Shown here in pieces: positions 36,584 through 43,365 of a stretch of DNA of 63,913 bases. The position numbers and the translations under genes are program-made. The DNA lies in IMG/VR virus record IMGVR_UViG_3300048918_000192, positions 1-63,913 of that record; one strand, given 5' to 3'. Position 1 is the stretch's first letter, and each line of letters begins with the position of its first letter. The notes below the pieces were generated by a model. That model worked only from the letters and a program-made list of their open reading frames with translations. It was not told the origin of the DNA and searched no databases. The stretch is from a virus.

Positions 36584-37048
36584 TCAGGACGGGGGCAATG
36601 ACGTCTCCGATGGAGTTTCAGGTTCATCCGGGAGCACAACACCTTCGGGCGTCCGCTCCTGCATGATGCGGTGGATTGTGTCTTGTGCCGATTCGCCGAA
36701 CGTGCCAACAATGCCCAGCGACTCAAGCAGGTTATTGAGGTTAAGGTCCGACACGACCATCTTGTATTCGGGCGTCGCATCCTCGTCGCTAATCATCTCG
36801 AACACAGGTGCGTCTGCCATCAGATCGAGGAACGTGTCAATGACAGCATTGCGGAAGTTAATCGCCTCAGGAGCGCTACCCTTGCGGGCAGCGTAGTCCT
36901 CCAAGACAATGTTCTCCAGCGAACCATATCCACGCTCTGCGTCTGCCTTGCGCGTGTACCCTTCGGATACCGCTACAATCTCGCCGTTGTTCCCTTTGAC
37001 GTGGAAGTAGTATTGCCCGTCCTTGCCTTCGAACACTTCATGCGCCAT
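36584..37048 (-). CDS. DUF1508 (YegP-like) domain protein with an acidic C-terminal region
   Basis: 154 aa. The N-terminal FEGKDGQYYFHVKGNNGEIVAVSEGYTRKADAERG matches the YegP/DUF1508 repeat pattern. Confidence 0.65.
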   Translation of the reverse strand: MAHEVFEGKDGQYYFHVKGNNGEIVAVSEGYTRKADAERGYGSLENIVLEDYAARKGSAPEAINFRNAVIDTFLDLMADAPVFEMISDEDATPEYKMVVSDLNLNNLLESLGIVGTFGESAQDTIHRIMQERTPEGVVLPDEPETPSETSLPPS

Positions 37049-37329
37049 TAGACTGTTCCTTCCAGTAATGCCTTGAACTTGGCATAGGTGTATTTCGATC
37101 GGACTTCACCCTTGTCCACCCTATCAACGAACTCCTGCATAGCTGCGCGGCATTCGTCCACAGTATTGGCTAACTGATGGGCTTGGGCGACACTGATACC
37201 AGCAAGGTAGGCGTCTGGCATACCATTGGCTCGATAGGAGCGTAGCTGCCTGACCACAGTGTCCAAGCGTGGACGAGCAGTCATAACGTGGATAGGACCA
37301 AGTTTACTGGTATCAATCGGATCTGGCAT
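37048..37329 (-). CDS. Hypothetical protein, first gene of the leftward operon
   Basis: 93 aa with a 1-nt overlap onto the downstream gene. Confidence 0.5.
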   Translation of the reverse strand: MPDPIDTSKLGPIHVMTARPRLDTVVRQLRSYRANGMPDAYLAGISVAQAHQLANTVDECRAAMQEFVDRVDKGEVRSKYTYAKFKALLEGTV

Positions 37330-37406
37330 GGTGGAACGCCCCTTGAAGTTAATAGGGTTAACGGTTGTTGCGTTTGATTACAAGCCCCTCCCTATGATAC
37401 TAAGTG

Positions 37407-37435
37407 AATATAGTTGTGGTCGATAAAATTGGCAG
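37407..37435 (-). promoter_or_regulatory. Candidate leftward promoter (CTGCCA-N17-TATATT)
   Basis: The reverse complement of 37430-37435 is CTGCCA and that of 37407-37412 is TATATT, with a 17-nt spacer. It lies about 75 nt upstream of the ATG at 37329. Confidence 0.3.
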
Positions 37436-37843
37436 ACTTATGTGCTGTGCATACGCGGGCGCGTGTAGCGTGGGCAATGGAAGCATAAGACTATTGGAGG
37501 GCGATGACAATACTATGCAATGGGGGCCCCCTAAGCACAGAAACACACAAACGTGAAAACCCTAAACCCCTTGGCACTGCACAAACGGCGGCCGGCCCTC
37601 CCCCGAATGTATTGTTGTGCCGTGTGCCAGGTCCTATACTGGTATCTATGTTTCTTTGTTTCCTACCCTTATAGGGTTATGATAGTGTTTTTCGTCTGTA
37701 TATTGCATGTTTATTCGACTTATAGAACTAATTCTCCCTCCTATACCTGTTTTAGCCCCTCCCGAGGACCCCATCTGAATTATGGCAGCTCCAGATAAAT
37801 TGGCATAAATCAAGCAATTCGCACATCTGTCTAAAGATAGCTG

Positions 37844-37872
37844 TTGCGATGTCTGCACAGGTGCGCTTATAT
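37844..37872 (+). promoter_or_regulatory. Candidate rightward promoter (TTGCGA-N17-TTATAT)
   Basis: It sits at the right edge of the AT-rich segment and points into the stem-loop array. Confidence 0.3.
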
Positions 37873-37959
37873 GGGGACAAGCTGGTGCTGCCCACTGGAT
37901 GTTGATGGTGTGTCTGGATCCCACCCATCGGCTACTCGACTAGTGGATGCATCAGACAG

Positions 37960-38300
37960 CCGTGTAGCAGCGGGACCTGACCAGATAATCCTGCTACCGT
38001 AGAGAATGAACGCAACTGGGCGTCGGACGTAGGTCTGCCGCCTAAATGTCTAAGCCCGCCGGAGGCGCTTGCGCACAACATGGCTGTGGTCATAGACGGG
38101 TGCCTTCGTCACTGAGGGCACCCACGACCAAGTGACTGGTCGTATAGCGCTGCTGCTCGACAGCGTCTGTCCGTGAGGACGGGTTTGGGTCTGCACCCTC
38201 CCAATATCCCCCGCAGACCCATTCGGGGTTGACTGCCCACCTTGCTAATGACGACTAGGGCGCCTCAGCGATGGGGCGTCCTAGCTCGTGGCCGCGGCCG
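37960..38300 (+). ncRNA. Candidate structured non-coding RNA (array of at least 7 stem-loops)
   Basis: The stems are 37964-70/37991-97, 38098-104/38117-23, 38125-30/38137-42, 38147-52/38161-66, 38167-72/38177-82 (GUGA loop), 38187-94/38213-20 and 38255-64/38275-84. Three stems contain G.U pairs that are possible only on the plus strand. There is no credible ORF. Confidence 0.35.
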
Positions 38301-38314
38301 CTCGACGGGTAGCC

Positions 38315-38351
38315 CAAAAAATAGTAGGTGGGTCAAAAAATAGTAGGTGGG
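38315..38351. repeat. Tandem direct repeat, 2 x CAAAAAATAGTAGGTGGG (19-nt period)
   Basis: 38315-38332 and 38334-38351 are identical 18-mers separated by a single T. Confidence 0.9.
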
Positions 38352-38625
38352 GGCGAGCCGACCGATTTATTGGTTAATTCGAGCTAGTCGTTAACCATCT
38401 ATCGGCGACAGGTGTCGACCGAAAGGGACACTGGCGTTCCAAGCGTCCTACATCAATAACACAGTATAGCACGGCCGGCCCCCTGTCGCAAGACGGCAAC
38501 GGTTTAGGTCTGTACGCCTGAATTCGCACATCACCGGCAGATTTCGCTTGCAATAGGCGTGAAGCTGTGCAGATCGCTGTCCCGATTTAGCACATTTTTT
38601 CTTTCGAGAGAAGTGAATTAGTGTA

Positions 38626-38654
38626 TTGACATCAGGTCCAAACGAAGTTACAAT
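38626..38654 (+). promoter_or_regulatory. Near-consensus sigma70 promoter TTGACA-N17-TACAAT
   Basis: TTGACA is at 38626-38631 and TACAAT at 38649-38654, with a spacer of exactly 17 nt. Confidence 0.7.
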
Positions 38655-38660
38655 GGTAGC

Positions 38661-38796
38661 GGCCGTACGGCCGACGGCCCCCTCCCCTGATCGCGATTTT
38701 GTCCAACTTTGGGACACATCGACGTAAGGCCGATTTAAGCCGGGCTACAGCCCCGATCGTCGATTTCCGACCCGTAGGGGCGAAAAAGATTTTTTG
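38661..38796 (+). ncRNA. Candidate short transcript from the consensus promoter
   Basis: It starts at the GGCCGTACGGCC palindrome (38661-72). It ends at GCCCC...GGGGC (38750-81) with an inner GTCG/CGAC stem, followed by GAAAAAGATTTTTT. No ORF with an RBS is present. Confidence 0.3.
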
Positions 38797-38821
38797 TCGC
38801 TAATCGGACTTTCGGCATTTT

Positions 38822-38853
38822 TTCGCTTGCACATCCGAACGAATTAGTATAGG
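38822..38853 (+). promoter_or_regulatory. Promoter-like element TTCGCTTGCA-N16-TATAGG
   Basis: The exact 10-mer is at 38822-38831 and TATAGG is at 38848-38853. Confidence 0.5.
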
Positions 38854-38927
38854 CGGGCGCCCCCGCCCCGCGCAGTTTAACTCGCCTAGTTCGGTGTCCC
38901 AAATTGGTGCAAACTTTTTTGGAACTA

Positions 38928-38965
38928 TTCGCTTGCAATGGGTCCGCCATGCGTGTACCTATAAT
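38928..38965 (+). promoter_or_regulatory. TTCGCTTGCA motif plus TATAAT box upstream of the first rightward gene
   Basis: The 10-mer is at 38928-38937 and TATAAT at 38960-38965. The 22-nt spacing from CTTGCA is atypical. AAGGAG and an ATG follow at 38977 and 38989. Confidence 0.45.
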
Positions 38966-38988
38966 GCATGGAAACGAAGGAGACCACG

Positions 38989-39102
38989 ATGCGCCTGTTC
39001 ACCCGCCCCGCCCCCAAGCCCGCCACGCTCTCGGAGCTCCAGCGCGCCTGGTACGAAGTTTACGCCATTGCCCGCGCTCAGCGCGAAGCGGGTGTCAAGT
39101 GA
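38989..39102 (+). CDS. Small hypothetical protein (37 aa)
   Basis: AAGGAG lies 6 nt upstream of the ATG. The product is MRLFTRPAPKPATLSELQRAWYEVYAIARAQREAGVK. Its stop overlaps the next GTG start (GTGA). Confidence 0.45.
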   Translation: MRLFTRPAPKPATLSELQRAWYEVYAIARAQREAGVK

Positions 39103-39296
39103 GCCGCCCGTACTACACGCTGGTCGAGCTCGAGGATTCGGGTTGGTCCATTCGGTTCGGGGACTACTTCAAGTCCGTCGTTCGCACCGAGCTGGAGGAC
39201 GCCGTCTACTCGGGTACGCCCCGCAAGCGGTTGCGCATTATCCAGTCGGGGGACCTCCAGTCGGAGATCGAGCAAGCCGTACGCCAGCTCCCATAG
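39099..39296 (+). CDS. Small hypothetical protein (65 aa)
   Basis: The GTG start is coupled to the upstream stop. The product is SRPYYTLVELEDSGWSIRFGDYF... Confidence 0.5.
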   Translation: MSRPYYTLVELEDSGWSIRFGDYFKSVVRTELEDAVYSGTPRKRLRIIQSGDLQSEIEQAVRQLP

Positions 39297-39373
39297 GTCG
39301 AAACCCGCTCCGCGGGTCGTCCGGTATCGCCGGGCCTGATGAGACCATCAGTAGCAAGCAAGGAGTAGTCAAA

Positions 39374-39778
39374 ATGCCGAACTATAGCGAAATGACCAAG
39401 AAGCAGCTTATTGCTCTCGCCGCCGACCGCAAGGTCGAGCTGCCCAGCAAAGCCAACGTTGCTACCATCGTCGCCGCACTGGAAGCCGCCGACAAGCCGG
39501 CGTCCGCTGCTACAGGGTCGGGCCTTAAAATCGAAAAGGATCGCCCCGAGCAGAACGGTATCAAGCGCCCATCTGCGGGTGGACGTTGCCGCGCTGTATG
39601 GGATGCGCTGGATGCGTACCGTGCAGAGACGAAGGAGCTTCCGACTGCCAAGGTCGTTGCGGAGCTCGCAGCGGACGAAGGGTGGAACCCGAACAACGCC
39701 AGCATCGAGTTCTACCAGTGGAGGAAGTACAATGGCATCACGGGGCGTCAGGCCAAGCCTGCCAAGTCGGATGCGTAG
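39374..39778 (+). CDS. HeH/SAP-like N-terminal domain plus 'EQNGIKRP' domain protein (paralog of 21775..22323)
   Basis: 134 aa with AAGGAG upstream. It has MTKKQLIALAADRKVELPSKANVATIVAALEAA (Rho_N/SAP-like). PEQNGIKRPSAGGRCRAVWDALD...FYQWRKYNGITGR follows. Confidence 0.65.
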   Translation: MPNYSEMTKKQLIALAADRKVELPSKANVATIVAALEAADKPASAATGSGLKIEKDRPEQNGIKRPSAGGRCRAVWDALDAYRAETKELPTAKVVAELAADEGWNPNNASIEFYQWRKYNGITGRQAKPAKSDA

Positions 39779-39804
39779 TACCCCTCTAACACAGTAGTAC
39801 AGGA

Positions 39805-39837
39805 GGGGGGCGCCTAGTGCGTCCCCCTTTTTTATTT
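39805..39837 (+). terminator. Rho-independent terminator
   Basis: The stem GGGGGGCGC / GCGTCCCCC has one G.U pair and a CTAGT loop. It is followed by TTTTTTATTT. Confidence 0.8.
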
Positions 39838-40124
39838 GATTGTATTATGTGTATTACATACATAGCACAGCAACACAGATGCATGGAGTCGACTCGATTC
39901 ACTCACGACGACTCGATGAGCCCCTCGGGGTACTATGTCAATTCTCCGATCGCCGGCCGGCCGTCCCATGCCGAGTTCGGCGGCTATATTTTAGCTCGGT
40001 TTACATCTGTTGCGCATACTGTGCTTCGTCCCCTTACAGTGTGTTAGTCCACGTCTCTTTGTTTCTGTCTTGCGATGTGTTGTGCGGCCCGCTAGTGTTG
40101 TTAGCGTCATTAGGGGAACCCTTC

Positions 40125-40346
40125 ATGTTAGTACGGAACGACCACGATACGCTCACTGTTCAGCATACGCTTGACGAGACAGATGACCCCGACTGCCATA
40201 CGCCACGGACTATGTCCACAGCGGAGCTGATCTACCATGCTGCGAACTTGCACCTGTTCCGCATGGACATGAAAGGCCAGAGCGGTCAACCACTGTGGTC
40301 ACTCCGGTCCCTCCCCGAAATCCGTGGAAAGCGGGTGACGTTGTAA
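40125..40346 (+). CDS. Small hypothetical protein (73 aa)
   Basis: AGGGGA lies 7 nt upstream of the ATG. Only the 3' part of ORF 39840..40346 is kept. Confidence 0.35.
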   Translation: MLVRNDHDTLTVQHTLDETDDPDCHTPRTMSTAELIYHAANLHLFRMDMKGQSGQPLWSLRSLPEIRGKRVTL

Positions 40347-40380
40347 TTCGCTTGCGCCGTTCAGGCGCGTGTGCTTTATT
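40347..40380 (+). promoter_or_regulatory. TTCGCTTGCG motif with TTGCGC-N17-TTTATT
   Basis: This is a one-mismatch copy of the 10-mer. An AT-rich -10-like box lies 17 nt from TTGCGC, upstream of gene 40412. Confidence 0.4.
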
Positions 40381-40411
40381 ATAGCAACGTCTGTTAGCAA
40401 GGAGAAAGTCA

Positions 40412-40669
40412 ATGCAGTTCCTAGTACGGTTGAAGACTCGGAGAACCGATCAGGTGCGTCTGGTCTCGAGCTTTGCGAAGGGTGCCAAGATGGCACGTGA
40501 GCATGTCGGTGACCACGATCCGATTGACGGGTGCTCGGCACCTGCTATCGAGCGCGGGATGCGACTGTCGGCGATCGAAGCGCTGACGGTGCGGCGGAGC
40601 ACGTCCTTTGGTGAGCGCTTCGCTAGCGTTCAGCCGGTCTTCTCCGAGCAGGTGGTCGATCTGCTATGA
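40412..40669 (+). CDS. Hypothetical protein
   Basis: 85 aa with a strong AAGGAGA RBS. Confidence 0.6.
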   Translation: MQFLVRLKTRRTDQVRLVSSFAKGAKMAREHVGDHDPIDGCSAPAIERGMRLSAIEALTVRRSTSFGERFASVQPVFSEQVVDLL

Positions 40670-40845
40670 GAAAGGAAGTTATCGCCAAGGTGTTCATCGA
40701 GCTCGTCAAGGAGCCTGGTGCGCCCGCTCCGTCGGTTAGCGACGTTGAGCAATGGGTCCTGGCTGGTATGGCCAAGGCCGACGTAGATGGTCCGAACGGC
40801 TGTCGGTACTCCGAGGCTCGGGTGCTGGAGGTCCGAGTCGTATGA
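40666..40845 (+). CDS. Small hypothetical protein (59 aa, below the ORF-track cutoff)
   Basis: It has ATGA overlaps at both ends, linking 40412..40669 to 40842..41294. Confidence 0.5.
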   Translation: MRKEVIAKVFIELVKEPGAPAPSVSDVEQWVLAGMAKADVDGPNGCRYSEARVLEVRVV

Positions 40846-41294
40846 TAATCGGTACTGTCCAGGCACTCCTGCAAGAGGAGACCTTTACGTTCACGCCGGA
40901 AGGCGAGACGGAGGAGGTCCACATCTTCAGCGGTCAGCTGCGCAAGTGGCTCCTCGCTAATGCGAAGGATAAGGTCATTAACCTGACCTTTCCGGATGGG
41001 CAGACGGAAGAGGAGCTAATCAAGCAGCACGGCTTGGAAGAGCCTCGCATGAAGTCCATGACGCTGCTCGAGGCCAGCGAGCCTGTTATCGTCGGTCTGT
41101 GGCCGGGCGGGACGCATGTGCTTATCGACGGCGGGCATCGGCGCTGGTTCTGGTGGAAGAGAGGAATCAACACCATCAAGGGTTGGGCCGTGCCAATGGA
41201 TATCTGGCGCTGCTTCCAAGTGAGCTTGGACGAGCTGTCCATGATGACCCACCATAAGACAGGGGCGTCCTTGCCCCAAAGGAGAGGAAAATGA
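40842..41294 (+). CDS. ParB-like nuclease domain protein (candidate)
   Basis: 150 aa counted from the ATG coupled to the upstream stop. THVLIDGGHRRW resembles the DGxHR motif of ParB/Srx-fold domains. Confidence 0.45.
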   Translation: MIIGTVQALLQEETFTFTPEGETEEVHIFSGQLRKWLLANAKDKVINLTFPDGQTEEELIKQHGLEEPRMKSMTLLEASEPVIVGLWPGGTHVLIDGGHRRWFWWKRGINTIKGWAVPMDIWRCFQVSLDELSMMTHHKTGASLPQRRGK

Positions 41295-41689
41295 ACTATC
41301 ACGTAAACGTACCGCGCGAGATCGATGCCAAGAGGGTGCAGGACATGATTGTCGGTGCCTTCGAGGGTGGGTCCAACTACTGGCTCGGAGACGGCCGCGT
41401 CGAGCTTGTCACTCCGACCTACGAGGAGCTCGGCGGGAAGGATGAGAAGATCGTTTGGTACGGTCGGGAGACCGACAACGTCTTCGCCCGTGAGGAGTTC
41501 ACGATCACCATCGATGTGCCGGAGGACGAGCTGCGTACCCTCGACCGCACGGCTGTCGCTCGGGGACTTCAGGTGATGGGCGACAAGTATCCGGACCATT
41601 ACAACGATCTGGTCGGAGAAAACGACGACGCTGCCACTGCGGACGTGTTCCTTCAGTGCGCACTCTTCGGCGAGCTCGTGTATGGTTGA
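41291..41689 (+). CDS. Hypothetical protein
   Basis: 132 aa with an ATGA overlap. Confidence 0.55.
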   Translation: MNYHVNVPREIDAKRVQDMIVGAFEGGSNYWLGDGRVELVTPTYEELGGKDEKIVWYGRETDNVFAREEFTITIDVPEDELRTLDRTAVARGLQVMGDKYPDHYNDLVGENDDAATADVFLQCALFGELVYG

Positions 41690-41954
41690 CCACAATCAGC
41701 AGAAGCTCGGTGCCATCCTCTACGTGATGGCGAAAAATCGCTTCCATATCCTCGAAGTGGAGGCGTTAGCCAAGGCTTTGGACGCGCACGATCGGTTGAC
41801 GTTCGAGCTGGTCGGGCCCAAGGGTCGCTTCAAGTGCAAATTCCTCGATGCTCACTACGGAATGTTCGAGCGGGAAGAGGGTGGCGCCATGAATGTGAGC
41901 ACCTTTCAGTTCGTTTCGGACGTTCATTGCGAGAATATCGGAGGATTTGAATGA
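41682..41954 (+). CDS. Hypothetical protein
   Basis: 90 aa with an 8-nt overlap. Confidence 0.5.
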   Translation: MVDHNQQKLGAILYVMAKNRFHILEVEALAKALDAHDRLTFELVGPKGRFKCKFLDAHYGMFEREEGGAMNVSTFQFVSDVHCENIGGFE

Positions 41955-42154
41955 AGAAGTCTGTTACCTTCACCGACGCTGCTGGCCGCGCGCACAATAC
42001 CCCTGACGCCGCGACCGTCAGCGACCTCGCGGGGCTCCTCATCAACGAGAACCTGCCCGCGGGTGCGGCTGCGGACATCGCTTCCAAGTTCTTTAAGCGG
42101 CGCAAGGACGTTGAACGCATCTTTGCCGAGCACGACGAGGCGATTCAGCCGTGA
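41951..42154 (+). CDS. Hypothetical protein
   Basis: 67 aa with an ATGA overlap. Confidence 0.5.
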   Translation: MKKSVTFTDAAGRAHNTPDAATVSDLAGLLINENLPAGAAADIASKFFKRRKDVERIFAEHDEAIQP

Positions 42155-42615
42155 TTGTGGTTATTGAACCTATAGCCAAGGAAGGACCTCGGGGTGACAG
42201 GGACACGCAGACACATCCTTACAAGGATTATCATATCCACGTTCTCGCTTCTGACAAGGAGCTCCCTTCCAAGGACACAATCGTCCACGAGGTCGACGGC
42301 TTCGACAACTGGTGGACAACTATCCGCAAAGAGGACGAAGTCAAAGCGGAAGCCACCGAATTCGCTCGGCGTCTCGCCAAACGGTTCGGAACAACTGTCG
42401 TCTGGTCCCACATGCTCGGCAATAAGCCGACTAAGTTCAAGGTCATTCGTGCGGTTGTCGAATGCAAAGTGCCTGACCACATCACAGAGAAGGCGCTCGT
42501 CAACGCCCTTACCCGTATCCTCGTACATCCGATCCAGCTTGGTTTCCAAGGACAGAAGGATACGCTCGTCACGCCGTCGTTCAAGCAATACTCGAGGGTG
42601 AGGGCGCGTTCTTGA
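42151..42615 (+). CDS. Hypothetical protein
   Basis: 154 aa with a GTGA overlap. Confidence 0.5.
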   Translation: MIVVIEPIAKEGPRGDRDTQTHPYKDYHIHVLASDKELPSKDTIVHEVDGFDNWWTTIRKEDEVKAEATEFARRLAKRFGTTVVWSHMLGNKPTKFKVIRAVVECKVPDHITEKALVNALTRILVHPIQLGFQGQKDTLVTPSFKQYSRVRARS

Positions 42616-43292
42616 CTGCACCTACCCAAATAACGCCTGGGCAGATGTTCGGAAAACTAAAGATGCTCGAGGAAGTTGAGCGCGGTAAGCACGGCGAACG
42701 TCGATGGAGTACACGCTGCGAATGCGGTACACGAAAGGTCTATAGGCTTGGGCATATTACTCAGGGCCGCGTCACGTCATGCGGAGCAGCCTCTTGCCGC
42801 GATGCTGAGAAGTATCGTAGCCCAAGCGCAGCGATGGGTGAACAGCGTAGAACTTTTGAGCGAATGCATGGAAAAGAATGCAGCGTTTGCTTTGAACGAA
42901 AACCATTATCGGAATTTCCTCGAAAGTATAATTGGTACAGTTCTCATTGCAAATCGTGTACTATTCTCAAGAACCGTAACAAGCATATGAAGCGAAAAGG
43001 TAGAACTGAATACGTTCCACCTCAAGCTCCTCCAAAAATAGAGCGAACATCTGGATTTCCGGGTGAAAAGTATAATCATCTAACAATCGTAAGCGAAGCG
43101 GAGCCGCAAAAAGGAAAAAGACGCGTCTTATGCCGTTGCGATTGTGGGGGCGAGCTTACTGTTCTACTTCAGAACATTCGAAACAATAACACGAAGTCAT
43201 GCGGTTGCATTGTTCGTGGCCAAGGTGCTCACACTCGTGAAGCTCGAAAGCGAGAACGTGAGATTCAAAGAGGACCTTGGGCGCGTTCTTAA
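42612..43292 (+). CDS. Cys-rich zinc-ribbon DNA-binding protein with an internal duplication
   Basis: 226 aa. Two copies of ...RCxCG...V....SCG(C) flank CSVCFERKPLSEFPRK...HCKSC. The region looks visibly more AT-rich than its neighbours. The start could be TTG at 42612 or ATG at 42645. Confidence 0.5.
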   Translation: MTAPTQITPGQMFGKLKMLEEVERGKHGERRWSTRCECGTRKVYRLGHITQGRVTSCGAASCRDAEKYRSPSAAMGEQRRTFERMHGKECSVCFERKPLSEFPRKYNWYSSHCKSCTILKNRNKHMKRKGRTEYVPPQAPPKIERTSGFPGEKYNHLTIVSEAEPQKGKRRVLCRCDCGGELTVLLQNIRNNNTKSCGCIVRGQGAHTREARKREREIQRGPWARS

Positions 43293-43365
43293 AAAGACGC
43301 ACGAATTCGCTTGTGATGGTCTGTAGTTCTGCTAAGCTGTACGGACCTAGCAAGGGAGTTGAAAA

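Noticed and set aside
37553-37924. ORFs 37553..37798 (+) and 37646..37924 (-) inside the large intergenic region
   Set aside because: They have Cys/Phe/Tyr/Ser-rich composition, no Shine-Dalgarno sequence, and they span the AT-rich segment. I treat the region as non-coding.
38315-38351. Possible mini-CRISPR array
   Set aside because: There are only two directly adjacent repeat units with a 1-nt gap, so no spacer exists. No cas genes are present, and the units are only 18 nt long.
38894-39373. 5' two-thirds of the 294-aa ORF 38894..39778
   Set aside because: This part is Pro/Arg/Ser-rich. It overlaps two better-supported small genes in other frames (38989..39102 and 39099..39296). A strong RBS and ATG at 39374 begin the conserved part.
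37590-39962. GGCCGGCC octamer at 37590, 38473 and 39955 as a specific site
   Set aside because: All three copies I noticed are in non-coding DNA, and each is followed by a C-rich run. However, about three copies are expected by chance in 64 kb at this GC content, and my scan of the coding regions was not exhaustive. I note it but make no claim.
39840-40124. 5' part of the 168-aa ORF 39840..40346
   Set aside because: It starts immediately downstream of the terminator's T tract. It has an implausible Cys/Tyr/Ser-rich composition and no RBS. Only the 3' 73 codons are kept, at low confidence.
37330-40410. tRNA genes, integrase or repressor (lysogeny module)
   Set aside because: I looked for T-arm-like GGTTCGAAT-type sequences and cloverleaf potential in the non-coding stretches and found none. 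No tyrosine or serine recombinase motifs or CI-like repressor appear anywhere in the window. A proper tRNAscan or HMM search could still overturn this.
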